From positions 182,917 to 246,916 of the forward strand of contig JBAZLG010000003.1 in NCBI GenBank assembly GCA_041650395.1: a DNA stretch of 64,000 nucleotides. The letters run 5' to 3'. Position 1 is the stretch's first letter. The number at the start of each line of letters is the position of its first letter. The position numbers were made by a program, and so were the translations under genes. Under the pieces are notes generated by a model. The model saw nothing but the letters and a program-made list of their open reading frames with translations. It was not told the DNA's origin and searched no databases. Positions 1 to 8,844 of this stretch are shown here, piece by piece. This stretch comes from Candidatus Micrarchaeia archaeon (GTDB lineage Archaea > Micrarchaeota > Micrarchaeia > Anstonellales > VGKX01).

Positions 1-20
1 ACCTCACGGGGCTCACGCTA

Positions 21-51
21 TTTTAAAGGAAACAAGGCGGGCAGGCCCGCC
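21..51 (-). terminator. Possible terminator for the minus-strand gene 96..440: GC hairpin (ggcgggc..gcccgcc, 36-51) followed on the minus strand by a T-rich run
   Basis: Inverted repeat at 36-51 seen in sequence. Minus-strand reading gives ttgtttcctttaaaa directly downstream. Archaeal terminators are usually T-tracts. Confidence 0.3.
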
Positions 52-95
52 GTCCCGGAAAAAGCTTGAAAAAAAAGGGGAATCGAAAAGTGCCC

Positions 96-440
96 TCACA
101 TGTACTGGGGCTGTTGCTGCTGCGCCGCGGCAGGCTTGTTAGCGCGCTTTAGCCTGTCAAACTCGTCCCTGTAAATCGACCAGAGCCCGGAACCTTCCTT
201 GGAGTCAAGCACGCGCACTATCTTCTGGCGCGGGTGGAAGACTGACAGGCCTTCGACGGGCCTGTAATCCACAAGCACGTAGGAGCCTTCCTTGAGCTGT
301 TTGGCTATTTTCGGGTTTGCCTCAAGCGTAAGCAGGTTCTCGTCCCACATCAGGCATGTCGCCTGGATGCCTGAAACTGCCGGATTTGAAGAAAAGACTT
401 TTTTGACCTTTGCAAGATGGAACACGGCAACACCTCTCAA
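96..440 (-). CDS. Small hypothetical protein (114 aa) with a C-terminal poly-Gln tail
   Basis: Intact ORF, divergent from the Lrp-like gene. No recognisable motif. The track start may be an alternative codon. Confidence 0.4.
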   Translation of the reverse strand: MRGVAVFHLAKVKKVFSSNPAVSGIQATCLMWDENLLTLEANPKIAKQLKEGSYVLVDYRPVEGLSVFHPRQKIVRVLDSKEGSGLWSIYRDEFDRLKRANKPAAAQQQQPQYM

Positions 441-567
441 TAGTTGTATCCCCTATTTGCACGCATGGGTTTATGAATATGCTGCACTATCCCGGCGATT
501 AATCATATTGCAGGCGGAGGTGGCAGGGCCGGCAAAATTTATATTCTGGGAAGGCGAGAGTATCCGC

Positions 568-1572
568 ATGGGAGAACAGATAGACAAGACAGACAGGCAC
601 ATACTCGAAGAGTTGTCGATAGACTCGAGGGCCCTTCTCACCAAACTCGCCAAGAAAATCAGGACATCCAAGCAGACGCTCCAGTACAGGATGCAGAGGA
701 TGGAGAAGGACGGCGTGGTTAACGCCTACATAACCTACGTTGACTGGTCAAGGATAGGATACATGAGGAGGGAAATGCTTGTCAAGCACGCGCCCATGGG
801 GGAGAGCCTCTACAAGGGCATAATAGAGACATGCATGAGGCAGGGCGGCGTGCACATAACCCGCTGCGATGGCGAGTGGAACATGCTTGTGGGCTACCTC
901 GGGGCAAGCAACAAGGAGTTATACGAAAAGGCGAACGAGATAAGAAGGGCTTTTGGCAGCCATATGATAGAGACCAGGGCCGCGACGCTTGTGGACGTCT
1001 ACGTGAAATCGATGCAGAAATACGACAATGAGAACGAGTCCGGCGAAGTTGTCGGCGTGCTCGGGGCAGCGGAGAAGAGATACGCGCTCGACGACAAGGA
1101 CAGGCTCGTGCTTGGCGCCCTGGCAGTCAACGCGCGCGCGCCATACGCCCAGATAGCCGAGATGACGGGGCTTGCGCCGGAAACCGTCAGGTTCAGGATA
1201 AAGAGGCTCGAGAAGGAGAAGGTCATCGTATCCTACGGCGTGAGCATCAACCCGGAGCTTGATGGATTCAACCATTTCATGATTCTTGTCAGGCTTTCGG
1301 ACCCGCAAAACGAAAGGATTGAGAAATTCATCAAGTACCTGCTTGCCATACCAAAGGTCAGGCGCGTGGCGAGGGTGATATCCACCGTAGACCTGATTTA
1401 CGAGGCGCGCTTTAGCGACGAGCGCGAGCTTAGGGAGACAAAGGCGCGCATTGAAAGGGATTATGGCGACATGATACACAGCCAGACTGTCCTGCGCCTC
1501 TACGGCGAAAACCTGTTCGCGTTCTTCCCGCCACTCCGGCGGGACAAGGCGGGGAAAAAGCAGGGGAACTGA
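568..1572 (+). CDS. Lrp/AsnC-family transcriptional regulator made of two complete HTH+RAM modules fused in one polypeptide
   Basis: Two copies of the AsnC-type HTH signature: DRHILEELSIDSRALLTKLAKKIRTSKQTLQYRMQRMEKDGVV and DKDRLVLGALAVNARAPYAQIAEMTGLAPETVRFRIKRLEKEKVI. The first in-frame ATG is at 568, since the track ORF starts upstream in overlap with the divergent gene. Confidence 0.75.
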   Translation: MGEQIDKTDRHILEELSIDSRALLTKLAKKIRTSKQTLQYRMQRMEKDGVVNAYITYVDWSRIGYMRREMLVKHAPMGESLYKGIIETCMRQGGVHITRCDGEWNMLVGYLGASNKELYEKANEIRRAFGSHMIETRAATLVDVYVKSMQKYDNENESGEVVGVLGAAEKRYALDDKDRLVLGALAVNARAPYAQIAEMTGLAPETVRFRIKRLEKEKVIVSYGVSINPELDGFNHFMILVRLSDPQNERIEKFIKYLLAIPKVRRVARVISTVDLIYEARFSDERELRETKARIERDYGDMIHSQTVLRLYGENLFAFFPPLRRDKAGKKQGN

Positions 1573-1633
1573 AGCAGGGCTGCAAGCCGCCCGCGCAATG
1601 CTATTTAACAGGCAATGCCCAAATCCCCCCTCA

Positions 1634-2467
1634 ATGGCAAGGAAAATGATATTCACCAGGGGATACTGGCCCCTCCCGGTTTTCAAGTCGGCCTATGCAA
1701 ACGGCAAATGGCACGCCGCAGCCAGCAGGAAAACAAGCCCGAAAGAGGCAAGCATGGAACTCCCAAAAAGGCTTTCAGGGGTGGTGGTCCTCGAGGCGCG
1801 CATTGGAAAGGCGCTCTCGAAAAAAATATGCCTCAAGTCGGGCGGCAAAAACATCCTTTTCTCGAGATGGTTTGGCGGCCTTTACAGCAATGCCAGCACC
1901 AGAAGCCCTTCGCAGGTCAGGGAATATTACAATGCCATAGCCGCGAGGTACGAGCACAACACTGAGCCGGAGCGCGAAAAGCAGCTTGAGACAATCGCGA
2001 TACACCTGAAAAAAATCCTCCCAAAAAACGCCAGCGTGCTCGACGCCAGCGCGGGCAGGTGCCTCTTCGCCCGCGTGGCAAAAAAGCACGGGCTTGTCGT
2101 CACGAGCATGGACATATCAGAAAAAATGCTCTCCTCAAATGGCTGGCGCGGCAAAAAGGTCCTGGGCAGCATAACACGGCCGCCGTTTGCAAAGGGGAGT
2201 TTTGATTGCGTAGTGCACCTGTTCTCGAACCTGCTATCCTATGACAGGAAGGCGTTCCCGGCTTTCCATTCAATGCTTGCCAAGGGGGGCGTGCTTGTCT
2301 ATCTCCCGGTCAAAAGCCCGGGGGAGCAATGGCTTCCCGGATGGCGTGAAAAGGCGATGGCGCGCCTGGAAGGGTCTGGCTTTGAAAAAATGGAGAAAAT
2401 ATCCATCCCCAGCATTGGCAGGAAAAAAAGCGTGCTGACCTTCATACAGGCAAGGAAAAAAGCCTGA
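1634..2467 (+). CDS. Class I SAM-dependent methyltransferase (type 11-like)
   Basis: Motif I-like VLDASAGRC and an REYYNAIAARYEH region. A TATA-like tatttaac lies about 28 nt upstream of ATG 1634, suggesting a leaderless start. The start is uncertain (alternatives at 1598 and 1754). Confidence 0.5.
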   Translation: MARKMIFTRGYWPLPVFKSAYANGKWHAAASRKTSPKEASMELPKRLSGVVVLEARIGKALSKKICLKSGGKNILFSRWFGGLYSNASTRSPSQVREYYNAIAARYEHNTEPEREKQLETIAIHLKKILPKNASVLDASAGRCLFARVAKKHGLVVTSMDISEKMLSSNGWRGKKVLGSITRPPFAKGSFDCVVHLFSNLLSYDRKAFPAFHSMLAKGGVLVYLPVKSPGEQWLPGWREKAMARLEGSGFEKMEKISIPSIGRKKSVLTFIQARKKA

Positions 2468-2511
2468 AAAAACCAGGGAAAAAAGGAAAGAAGGGAAAAA
2501 AGAAAAAAACC

Positions 2512-3567
2512 TCACTGGACTTCAAGAGAGCCGCAGGGCACGGAGTCTATTGTAACAGGCGCAACAGACACTGGCGGAGGCGCGCTATACTGGCAGTAGA
2601 TGTTTATAGAGCCTGAAACCCCCTTCTCGCCAATCAGGCCCGACGCTCCAAGCTTTTGCGAGAATACGGCGCCAAAGCAGTCCCATTTGAGCACGCTTCC
2701 GTCCTGGAACCCGCTGTACGTGACCTTGCCCTCATACCTCATTGCCACGCTGTCCTTCTTGGTAGTCTCGACAGAGCAGGCAGGCTGCGCTGATGGCTGG
2801 CCTGGCGCCTGTTGTGGCAGGACTGTCACGCTCGCATTGGCGCACTCCTTTGAATCCACGTAAAGCGCCACCCGCGCGGTGCCTGCGGAATTGAAAGTGC
2901 AGGACGTTGATTTTTCCACGACGCCGCTTTCAATCTGCTTTTGCTCGCCGCCGCAGTCAAGCACTACGTTTGAGCCAGTGGGAGTAGACGCGCTTATGTC
3001 CACAAACGCGTTCCCGCCCGCATAAATGCTTGAAGGGGACACCGAAAGGCTGCACCTTGACACAGTTCCAGGCTCCGTTGAGGAGCCTGAATCGCCAGCG
3101 GACGCGCCTGAATTGAAACTCGCGCCCCCGCACCTGGCGCCGGAAAGGAATGCGGTAACTGAAGAGCCTGCTGTGAGCTTTTCGCAAAGGAACAGGTTGC
3201 TCCCCTTGTCAACCCCCTGGCTTCCGTCAGGGCACTGGACAGTGACAAGCCCGCTTTGGGGCGAGGCGAAATTGACCTTTACAAGATATACGTTTGAAGA
3301 CGAGAGCTGGAAGCCCACATCGCATGGGGTGCCTGATGCGGGGGGCTGGCTTGGGGCTGAAGTATTTCCGCCTACGGAGGGCACCTGGTCCCCCTGGCCA
3401 GTCACCTGCCCGCCAATCCCCGCGCTTGGGGGCGCGGGCGGGGCCGCTGTGTTTCCAGTATCATTGCCTGCGGCAGGCGCGCCCTGGCCGCCATTGCCAT
3501 TGGACGTGCAGCCTGCGAAAAAGAGCATCAGCACAAGAAGGACTGGCAGGATAAGACTTTTTCTCAT
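2512..3567 (-). CDS. Secreted S/G/T/P- and Cys-rich protein with a lipobox-like signal peptide (MRKSLILPVLLVLMLFFAGC)
   Basis: The signal peptide sits at the internal Met. The upstream part of the track ORF has no coding features. Low-complexity polar repeats. Confidence 0.6.
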   Translation of the reverse strand: MRKSLILPVLLVLMLFFAGCTSNGNGGQGAPAAGNDTGNTAAPPAPPSAGIGGQVTGQGDQVPSVGGNTSAPSQPPASGTPCDVGFQLSSSNVYLVKVNFASPQSGLVTVQCPDGSQGVDKGSNLFLCEKLTAGSSVTAFLSGARCGGASFNSGASAGDSGSSTEPGTVSRCSLSVSPSSIYAGGNAFVDISASTPTGSNVVLDCGGEQKQIESGVVEKSTSCTFNSAGTARVALYVDSKECANASVTVLPQQAPGQPSAQPACSVETTKKDSVAMRYEGKVTYSGFQDGSVLKWDCFGAVFSQKLGASGLIGEKGVSGSINIYCQYSAPPPVSVAPVTIDSVPCGSLEVQ

Positions 3568-3706
3568 TAAAACCACCCACAAAATTTGAATATTATGGCT
3601 AATTATTTGCACAACCTGATTTAAACGTGCCTGAAGGAAAAAAAGCGGAAAGAAAAAAAACAAGGGAATGGATGTTCTCATAGCCTGAACTCGCGCAAGA
3701 GAGCGC

Positions 3707-3847
3707 CTATTCGGGGGCTTTTTCATTCGGAAGCTTGGCCGCGCACTCCTTGCAATACGTATGGGTGTATCCTGCCAAATCAAGCTTTTGCACCCTGCCG
3801 GAGTAGTCAATGTCGGCCTTGCACATTTCGCATGTGAAAGTAATCAT
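3707..3847 (-). CDS. Candidate 46-aa C4 zinc-ribbon mini-protein (MITFTCEMCKADIDYSGRVQKLDLAGYTHTYCKECAAKLPNEKAPE)
   Basis: ATG..TAG ORF hand-translated from the minus strand. It is below the track's size cutoff. It has two CxxC pairs (CEMC, CKEC) and sits in the gap between the secreted-protein gene and the YraN-like gene. Confidence 0.35.
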   Translation of the reverse strand: MITFTCEMCKADIDYSGRVQKLDLAGYTHTYCKECAAKLPNEKAPE

Positions 3848-3962
3848 GCCGGTCACCTCAATTTTGCCTGTTGCAGATATTGAAGATTACAATTTAAAAA
3901 CTCGCATTTGCGGATGCGGCATGGAAAAGTCCCAAAACCCCCAGCAGGAAGGCCTCTGGCGC

Positions 3963-4373
3963 TCATTCCTTCTTCAGGTCAATCCTAAGCTCTTCCCACC
4001 TGACATTCTTCCGTTCAATGCAGTTTTTCAGCGTCCTTTCCGCGTGGTTGAGGCCCGCCTTGCCTGTCTTTACCTCAAGGAAAACAATCTCCTCAATCTC
4101 CTTGGCGTCCATGCCCTTGAATATGACAAAGTCTATCGGCTTGCCAAGGAAGCGCGCCTCTGTGGGCGGGTAATTGAACCCTGGCAAGTAGGGGGCGAGC
4201 TGTTCCGAGAACTGCCCGCCAAGCACGGAGCGCGATTTCTTTATGGCGTCCTCGCGTATAAGCGGCACCCTGTCCCTTTGCCACAGAATGTCCGAGTATT
4301 TCATGCCTATGATTATGCCTGCGAGCACAAGCAGGGCAGAAACTATGGCAGCGAGGATTATTAGGGGGTCCAT
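3963..4373 (-). CDS. YraN/Hjc-like PD-(D/E)xK nuclease-fold protein (UPF0102-like) with an N-terminal transmembrane anchor
   Basis: Motif PIDFVIFKG...EIEEIVFLEVKTGKAG matches the GEIDLIA...FVEVKTR core of the YraN / Holliday-junction-resolvase-like fold. The N-terminal hydrophobic helix is LIILAAIVSALLVLAGIIIG. Start set at the internal Met 4373. Confidence 0.5.
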   Translation of the reverse strand: MDPLIILAAIVSALLVLAGIIIGMKYSDILWQRDRVPLIREDAIKKSRSVLGGQFSEQLAPYLPGFNYPPTEARFLGKPIDFVIFKGMDAKEIEEIVFLEVKTGKAGLNHAERTLKNCIERKNVRWEELRIDLKKE

Positions 4374-4435
4374 GGGTTCACCTGCATTGAAAATGCATGG
4401 CCCTGAATTTAAAACAGCCAGGAGAAAAGCATAGC

Positions 4436-5011
4436 ATGCCTTTGGAAACCATATTCGCCACGTCCTCGCCGCAAAGAAAATCCATTTGCCGCAGGCACGG
4501 GATAAGATGCTCGTTTCGCTCAAGCAATGCCAGCGAGGCGGCAAAAGGGAGAAGCGCCAGGCATGTTGCCATTTCAAATGCAATGAAAAAGGCGCGGAAA
4601 TGCCTTCGCAGGCGGCAAGACGCCATTGTGATAGGGGCGGACACAGTAGTCTCCTTCAGGGGAAAAATAATAGGCAAGCCGAAAAGCAAGGGAGAAGCCA
4701 GGCGCATAATATCGGCATTGGCGGGAAAAAGCCACAGGGTAATAACAGGCGTATGCATGCTCCACGCTGGCATGGAAAAATGCTATTCCGACTGTTCAAG
4801 CGTAAAATTCCGCGGGCTAAGCAGGCAAGGCGTGGAAAAGTTCGTGGCAAGCGGGAGTTGGAAGGGAAAGGCGGGCGGCTACGGCGTGCAATCTGATTCA
4901 AGGGAACTAATCGCAAGCGTGGGCGGGAGCAGGGAGAACGTAGAAGGCCTTGACGGGAAAAGGCTGAAAAAAGAGCTGAAGGCGTTCATTGCCAGAATTG
5001 GAAGGGCATGA
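4436..5011 (+). CDS. maf: Maf-like nucleoside triphosphate pyrophosphatase
   Basis: IFATSSPQRK...DAIVIGADTVV...GKPKSKGEARRII pattern typical of Maf/Ham1-type proteins. Start at the in-frame ATG 4436. Confidence 0.65.
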   Translation: MPLETIFATSSPQRKSICRRHGIRCSFRSSNASEAAKGRSARHVAISNAMKKARKCLRRRQDAIVIGADTVVSFRGKIIGKPKSKGEARRIISALAGKSHRVITGVCMLHAGMEKCYSDCSSVKFRGLSRQGVEKFVASGSWKGKAGGYGVQSDSRELIASVGGSRENVEGLDGKRLKKELKAFIARIGRA

Positions 5012-5018
5012 TGGGAGT

Positions 5019-5792
5019 TCATTTCCCGCCCTTTATTTCAAGGATTTGGCGATGCACCCTGCCATTTGAAACCGCGAAATCGGCTGTCCCGAGATTCCAC
5101 TTCCCGCCTGACAAGTCTGTCACCTTGCCACCCGCCTCCTCGACAATCAACGCGCCCGCGGCAAAATCAACGACTTTAAGCCCGCTCATGATGCTTATGT
5201 CGGCACTGCCAAGCGCGACAAAGCCGAAATTGAACACAGCCACTCCAAGCACGCGTATGCCAAATGCCTTCCTCGAAACGTCAAAAAGCGCCCTGATTCT
5301 CTTCCTGTCAGCCGAGCGGGCAAGCCTTGACTCGAAAAGCACGAGGCAGTCGGAGAGTTTCGACCTTTTCGAAACGCGGATTTTCCTGCCATTGCAATAC
5401 GCGCCTTTTCCCTTCCGGGCGCAAAACGCCAATCCCAGTTCGGGAATGGCTATGGCGCCTGCCTGCACAATGCCGTTTTTGGCATAGGCGAGGGATACGC
5501 CCCAGAGCGGCAGGCCAAATGAATAGTTGTTTGTCCCGTCTATGGGATCGAGAATCCACAAATCGCCCTTGCTTTTGCCCTCAAGCCCCCCCATTTCCTC
5601 GGAATAAACCGAATGGGACGGGAATTCCCCGCGTATCCTTCCGACAACGTATTTTTCAACTGCTAGGTCAGCGTCAGTGACGAAATCATGCGCGTCCTTG
5701 TGGCGCCTGAAGGCGAGCCTGCCTTTTTTTGCAAGCGCCATTTTGGCAGCGCCTGCGACAGCGCTTTCCATGAATCCCATTATCTTGTCCAT
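5019..5792 (-). CDS. suhB: Inositol monophosphatase / fructose-1,6-bisphosphatase family protein (archaeal IMPase/FBPase)
   Basis: Canonical WILDPIDGT metal-binding motif plus an HSVYSEE region. Confidence 0.85.
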   Translation of the reverse strand: MDKIMGFMESAVAGAAKMALAKKGRLAFRRHKDAHDFVTDADLAVEKYVVGRIRGEFPSHSVYSEEMGGLEGKSKGDLWILDPIDGTNNYSFGLPLWGVSLAYAKNGIVQAGAIAIPELGLAFCARKGKGAYCNGRKIRVSKRSKLSDCLVLFESRLARSADRKRIRALFDVSRKAFGIRVLGVAVFNFGFVALGSADISIMSGLKVVDFAAGALIVEEAGGKVTDLSGGKWNLGTADFAVSNGRVHRQILEIKGGK

Positions 5793-5904
5793 GCCACCCT
5801 ATTGCTTCAAAATGGTTAAAACCATTGCAGCCGCCTTGCCAGATAAATATATGTTTTGACACACTAAACCACGTGTTTATTAAGGCTAATTGAGAAATAA
5901 GGAC

Positions 5905-7788
5905 ATGCAAAAAGCCATTACGCCAGCTACAAGCATGAACATTGGAGGCAAGAAACTGTCCCTATCAATAAGCGAGATAGACGAATTCAGGAAAGCCATG
6001 CTAAAAAACCCGAGAATGCCCGGCTACGAGCGCTGGAAAAACCATTCAAACACCAGCCATGAGAGCTTCCTCGGGGCTTATGCGAAAAAAATAAGCTCCA
6101 CCATTGAGACAGCCAGGGCCGACAAAAAAAGAACGGAAGTGGAATTGTCAAGCCTCAATGCCAACAAGCAACAGCAGGACGTGAGGCGCGCCGAGCTGGA
6201 AGTGAAGATTTCAAGGGTTCAAAAAAACATTGACAAGGACATAGAAGCCATGCAGGCCATAGAAGCAGAATGTGCCTCCATGATAAAGAACGCATCCCGC
6301 ATTCTCAAAGAATCGTTCGACATCAGGGAAGAGATAAAAAACAATACTTTCCTGGCGCGCAAGGGGCAAAGCAGCCTCAACACGTTTTGGCAGGAATTCG
6401 CAAAGGACCTGGACGACGTGCCCGATGAGTTCAGGGAAGTGCTGCTTTCCGGGGAAGATTCGCCCCAGCTCACCGAAGTCTTCCTGCTGGGCCATCCGGC
6501 CTACCGACTCCTCTTCGATGTGCAGGAGGTCCTCAAGGATTACGATGAAATCAGCCCGGTCAGGGCGATGCCAAGGCTCGCAGAAGAATTCGGCTATAAA
6601 ATGCCCGATTTCAGCCAGGTGAAAACCCTGGCTGACATGGACCCGGGCTTTTTGAAGGACAATCTTGAGATTTACACAAGGTTCCAGAATGCAAAGGGCG
6701 AGTTCAAGGGCTCATTCAAGAAAATGGATGCTAAAATCGCCAAGGCGAAAAAATACCTGGACGGAAAGAGCAGGGCATACGAGATTTACCAAAACCATGC
6801 CAAAAATGGCAGGATAAAGAAACTGAAGATGCTTGAAGGCCTGGACATCAAGGACTACGAAACCATGATGGAACTGGAATTGAAATATTCCGGCAAGGCG
6901 CACGCGCTGGCGGCGGAGATGAACGCGCAGTCAAAAAGGACCTACAACATCAGCGTAGAATACTCGAAAACAGTGCTTGACATAGTGGAGAGGATGCTCA
7001 CCAAGGAAGAGCTTGAAAAAGAGCTTGCCGGGCTTCCTGTTGACGCCTCATATGTCGCCAAGCACGAAAAACTCGTAACCAAGCTCGCAATCCAGCAATC
7101 CAGGCTTGAAGACCTGGAAAACACGCGCTGCAAGGCGCAAGGAGAATTGAAAAAGGAGCTTGACAGGCTGGCAGCCAAGGAAACCTCGAGAAAATCAAGG
7201 AGGACAAGCGAGGAAAACCTTCATGCATATTTCGAAAAAATCGAGGCAGGGGAAAAGCCGGGCGGGAGGGACCCCAAATTCGTGTTCGAGGGAAAACACA
7301 ATGGCGAGAATGACCTGCTGCCGGAAGCGCGCCAGATAAGCGGGGAGGCAATGGAGAATTTCATAAACGTGATTTCAGGGGAATTCCCGGTCATTGAGAA
7401 AAGCTATACCAAATACACGGGCCAGTTCAGGGAGACAATGGAAACCCTCGCGCTTGCATACGCGGAAAACGGGTTCAGGCTGTCCCTGAAGGCCCTGTTC
7501 ATGGCATTCCCGGGGAAAGTTAAGGTCGAATCGACATACAAGAAATTCCCGTACAAGCCGGTAAGGATTGCGATAGAATCCAGCGCGATGCTAAGGCTCC
7601 TCGTGGACATGACAGACAATGAAAAGCCAGTGATTTTCTTCGTGGGCTCCAAGTCAGAATCAGAGAAAATCATGCCGAGGGACAGCCTGAAGCAGGCTAT
7701 CGAATCCGCGAAAAACAACCCGAATCTTGCCGGGCTATTTGAAACCCTCAAGCAGCCAGAAAAGGAAAGGCAGTTCTCTGCAAAATAG
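5905..7788 (+). CDS. Large K/E-rich coiled-coil hypothetical protein (about 627 aa)
   Basis: Long intact ORF. The track start 5890 is TTG and the first ATG is at 5905. No TM and no recognised catalytic motif. GC is slightly lower than the neighbours. Confidence 0.5.
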   Translation: MQKAITPATSMNIGGKKLSLSISEIDEFRKAMLKNPRMPGYERWKNHSNTSHESFLGAYAKKISSTIETARADKKRTEVELSSLNANKQQQDVRRAELEVKISRVQKNIDKDIEAMQAIEAECASMIKNASRILKESFDIREEIKNNTFLARKGQSSLNTFWQEFAKDLDDVPDEFREVLLSGEDSPQLTEVFLLGHPAYRLLFDVQEVLKDYDEISPVRAMPRLAEEFGYKMPDFSQVKTLADMDPGFLKDNLEIYTRFQNAKGEFKGSFKKMDAKIAKAKKYLDGKSRAYEIYQNHAKNGRIKKLKMLEGLDIKDYETMMELELKYSGKAHALAAEMNAQSKRTYNISVEYSKTVLDIVERMLTKEELEKELAGLPVDASYVAKHEKLVTKLAIQQSRLEDLENTRCKAQGELKKELDRLAAKETSRKSRRTSEENLHAYFEKIEAGEKPGGRDPKFVFEGKHNGENDLLPEARQISGEAMENFINVISGEFPVIEKSYTKYTGQFRETMETLALAYAENGFRLSLKALFMAFPGKVKVESTYKKFPYKPVRIAIESSAMLRLLVDMTDNEKPVIFFVGSKSESEKIMPRDSLKQAIESAKNNPNLAGLFETLKQPEKERQFSAK

Positions 7789-7789
7789 G

Positions 7790-8746
7790 CTATTTTTTAA
7801 CAAGCTTCGCCTGCCTGTGCTTTTTCAGGTCAGATGCGAGCTCTACCACGAACCGTGCATAATAGCCGGAATGGTTGTAGGCGAAAGCCGCCTTGTAATT
7901 GGTGCCTTCCCTGGAAAAGCCGGAATGCATGGAAGCGCCGGCATCCCTTAAGTATCTTGATACCAAAGAGATAGAATATTGCACTGAAAACGCGTATTCG
8001 AAGCTTGTGCCTTCAGGCAAGACGTCGTATTTGAGGAAAGACGACGGGAGGAACTGGCCAGGGGTGAAAGCCCCGCGCTCCGAGCCCTTGACTGAAAACG
8101 GGTCGATATGGTACTTGTCGCAGATTTGAAGGAAACAGGACAATTCGCGCTTTGCAAAGGCCTTCCACGCCCTTGAATCCTCCATCAGAGAAAGGAAGAC
8201 ATTGACGCATGCGAGCTCGCCCGTGTATCCTGCGTAAATTGTTTCTATGCCATGGACAGCAGTTACCAACTCCTCCGGAGTGCCTGTGGAGTCCTGCGCC
8301 GCTGCAAGGTCTAAAGAGTATTTTTCCTGGAATTTTATGCCTTTTTCCAGCAACTTGTCATAATGGTACAATTCCTTGTATCTCTCATATGTGAACGGCT
8401 TTTTCACCTTGGAGGTGTCAGGCTTTGGCTTTTTGAAAAGCACGTATTTCTCAAGCTGTGAATCAGAAAGCAGGGAGTCCACGGAAACCGCACCCCTGCC
8501 CGTATGCAGCAGGAATTTCCTGGCTTCCTTGAGAGTTGCCTCCTTGAAAACAAGCATTGGCTTGGTGGAATCCTTTCTTGCCGCTTGTTTTATAGATGGC
8601 TTTGCAATGCAGGTGTCAACCAGCGGCGCGGGCGGCTTGAAAGAAGCCTGCTTCTGGAAAGTGGAAAAAACCCTGTAGCTTAGTATTGACGAGCCAATCA
8701 TCAGGCCTACAATAATGCCTGTTCTGGCTTTTTGCGGTATTTTCAA
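7790..8746 (-). CDS. Membrane-anchored MltB-like lytic transglycosylase (SLT_2 family)
   Basis: AVHGIETIYAGYTGE matches the catalytic GVET region. KGSERGAFTPGQFLPSSF matches KGSFAGAMGYGQFMPSSY. C-terminal YNHSGYYARFV matches YNHSTHYAMAV of E. coli MltB. N-terminal TM helix. The start codon is TTG. Confidence 0.6.
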   Translation of the reverse strand: MKIPQKARTGIIVGLMIGSSILSYRVFSTFQKQASFKPPAPLVDTCIAKPSIKQAARKDSTKPMLVFKEATLKEARKFLLHTGRGAVSVDSLLSDSQLEKYVLFKKPKPDTSKVKKPFTYERYKELYHYDKLLEKGIKFQEKYSLDLAAAQDSTGTPEELVTAVHGIETIYAGYTGELACVNVFLSLMEDSRAWKAFAKRELSCFLQICDKYHIDPFSVKGSERGAFTPGQFLPSSFLKYDVLPEGTSFEYAFSVQYSISLVSRYLRDAGASMHSGFSREGTNYKAAFAYNHSGYYARFVVELASDLKKHRQAKLVKK

Positions 8747-8844
8747 GCTGGCACCTTCTCTGGAGGGTTGATTGTTCCTTGCAAACGTGTTGTAATTGGT
8801 GTCAAATTAACCGACTTAGATATATAAGCCTTGGTTCGGAAAAG

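Noticed and set aside
2468-2511. A/G-rich homopurine tract (aaaaaccagggaaaaaaggaaagaagggaaaaaagaaaaaaacc) considered as a repeat or regulatory element
   Set aside because: It sits between two convergent gene ends and reads as T-rich on the minus strand. A bidirectional archaeal terminator region explains it most simply.
3810-4364. 184-aa plus-strand ORF
   Set aside because: It overlaps the YraN-like gene (strong nuclease core motif) on the opposite strand. Its translation is Arg/Pro/Leu-rich without features.
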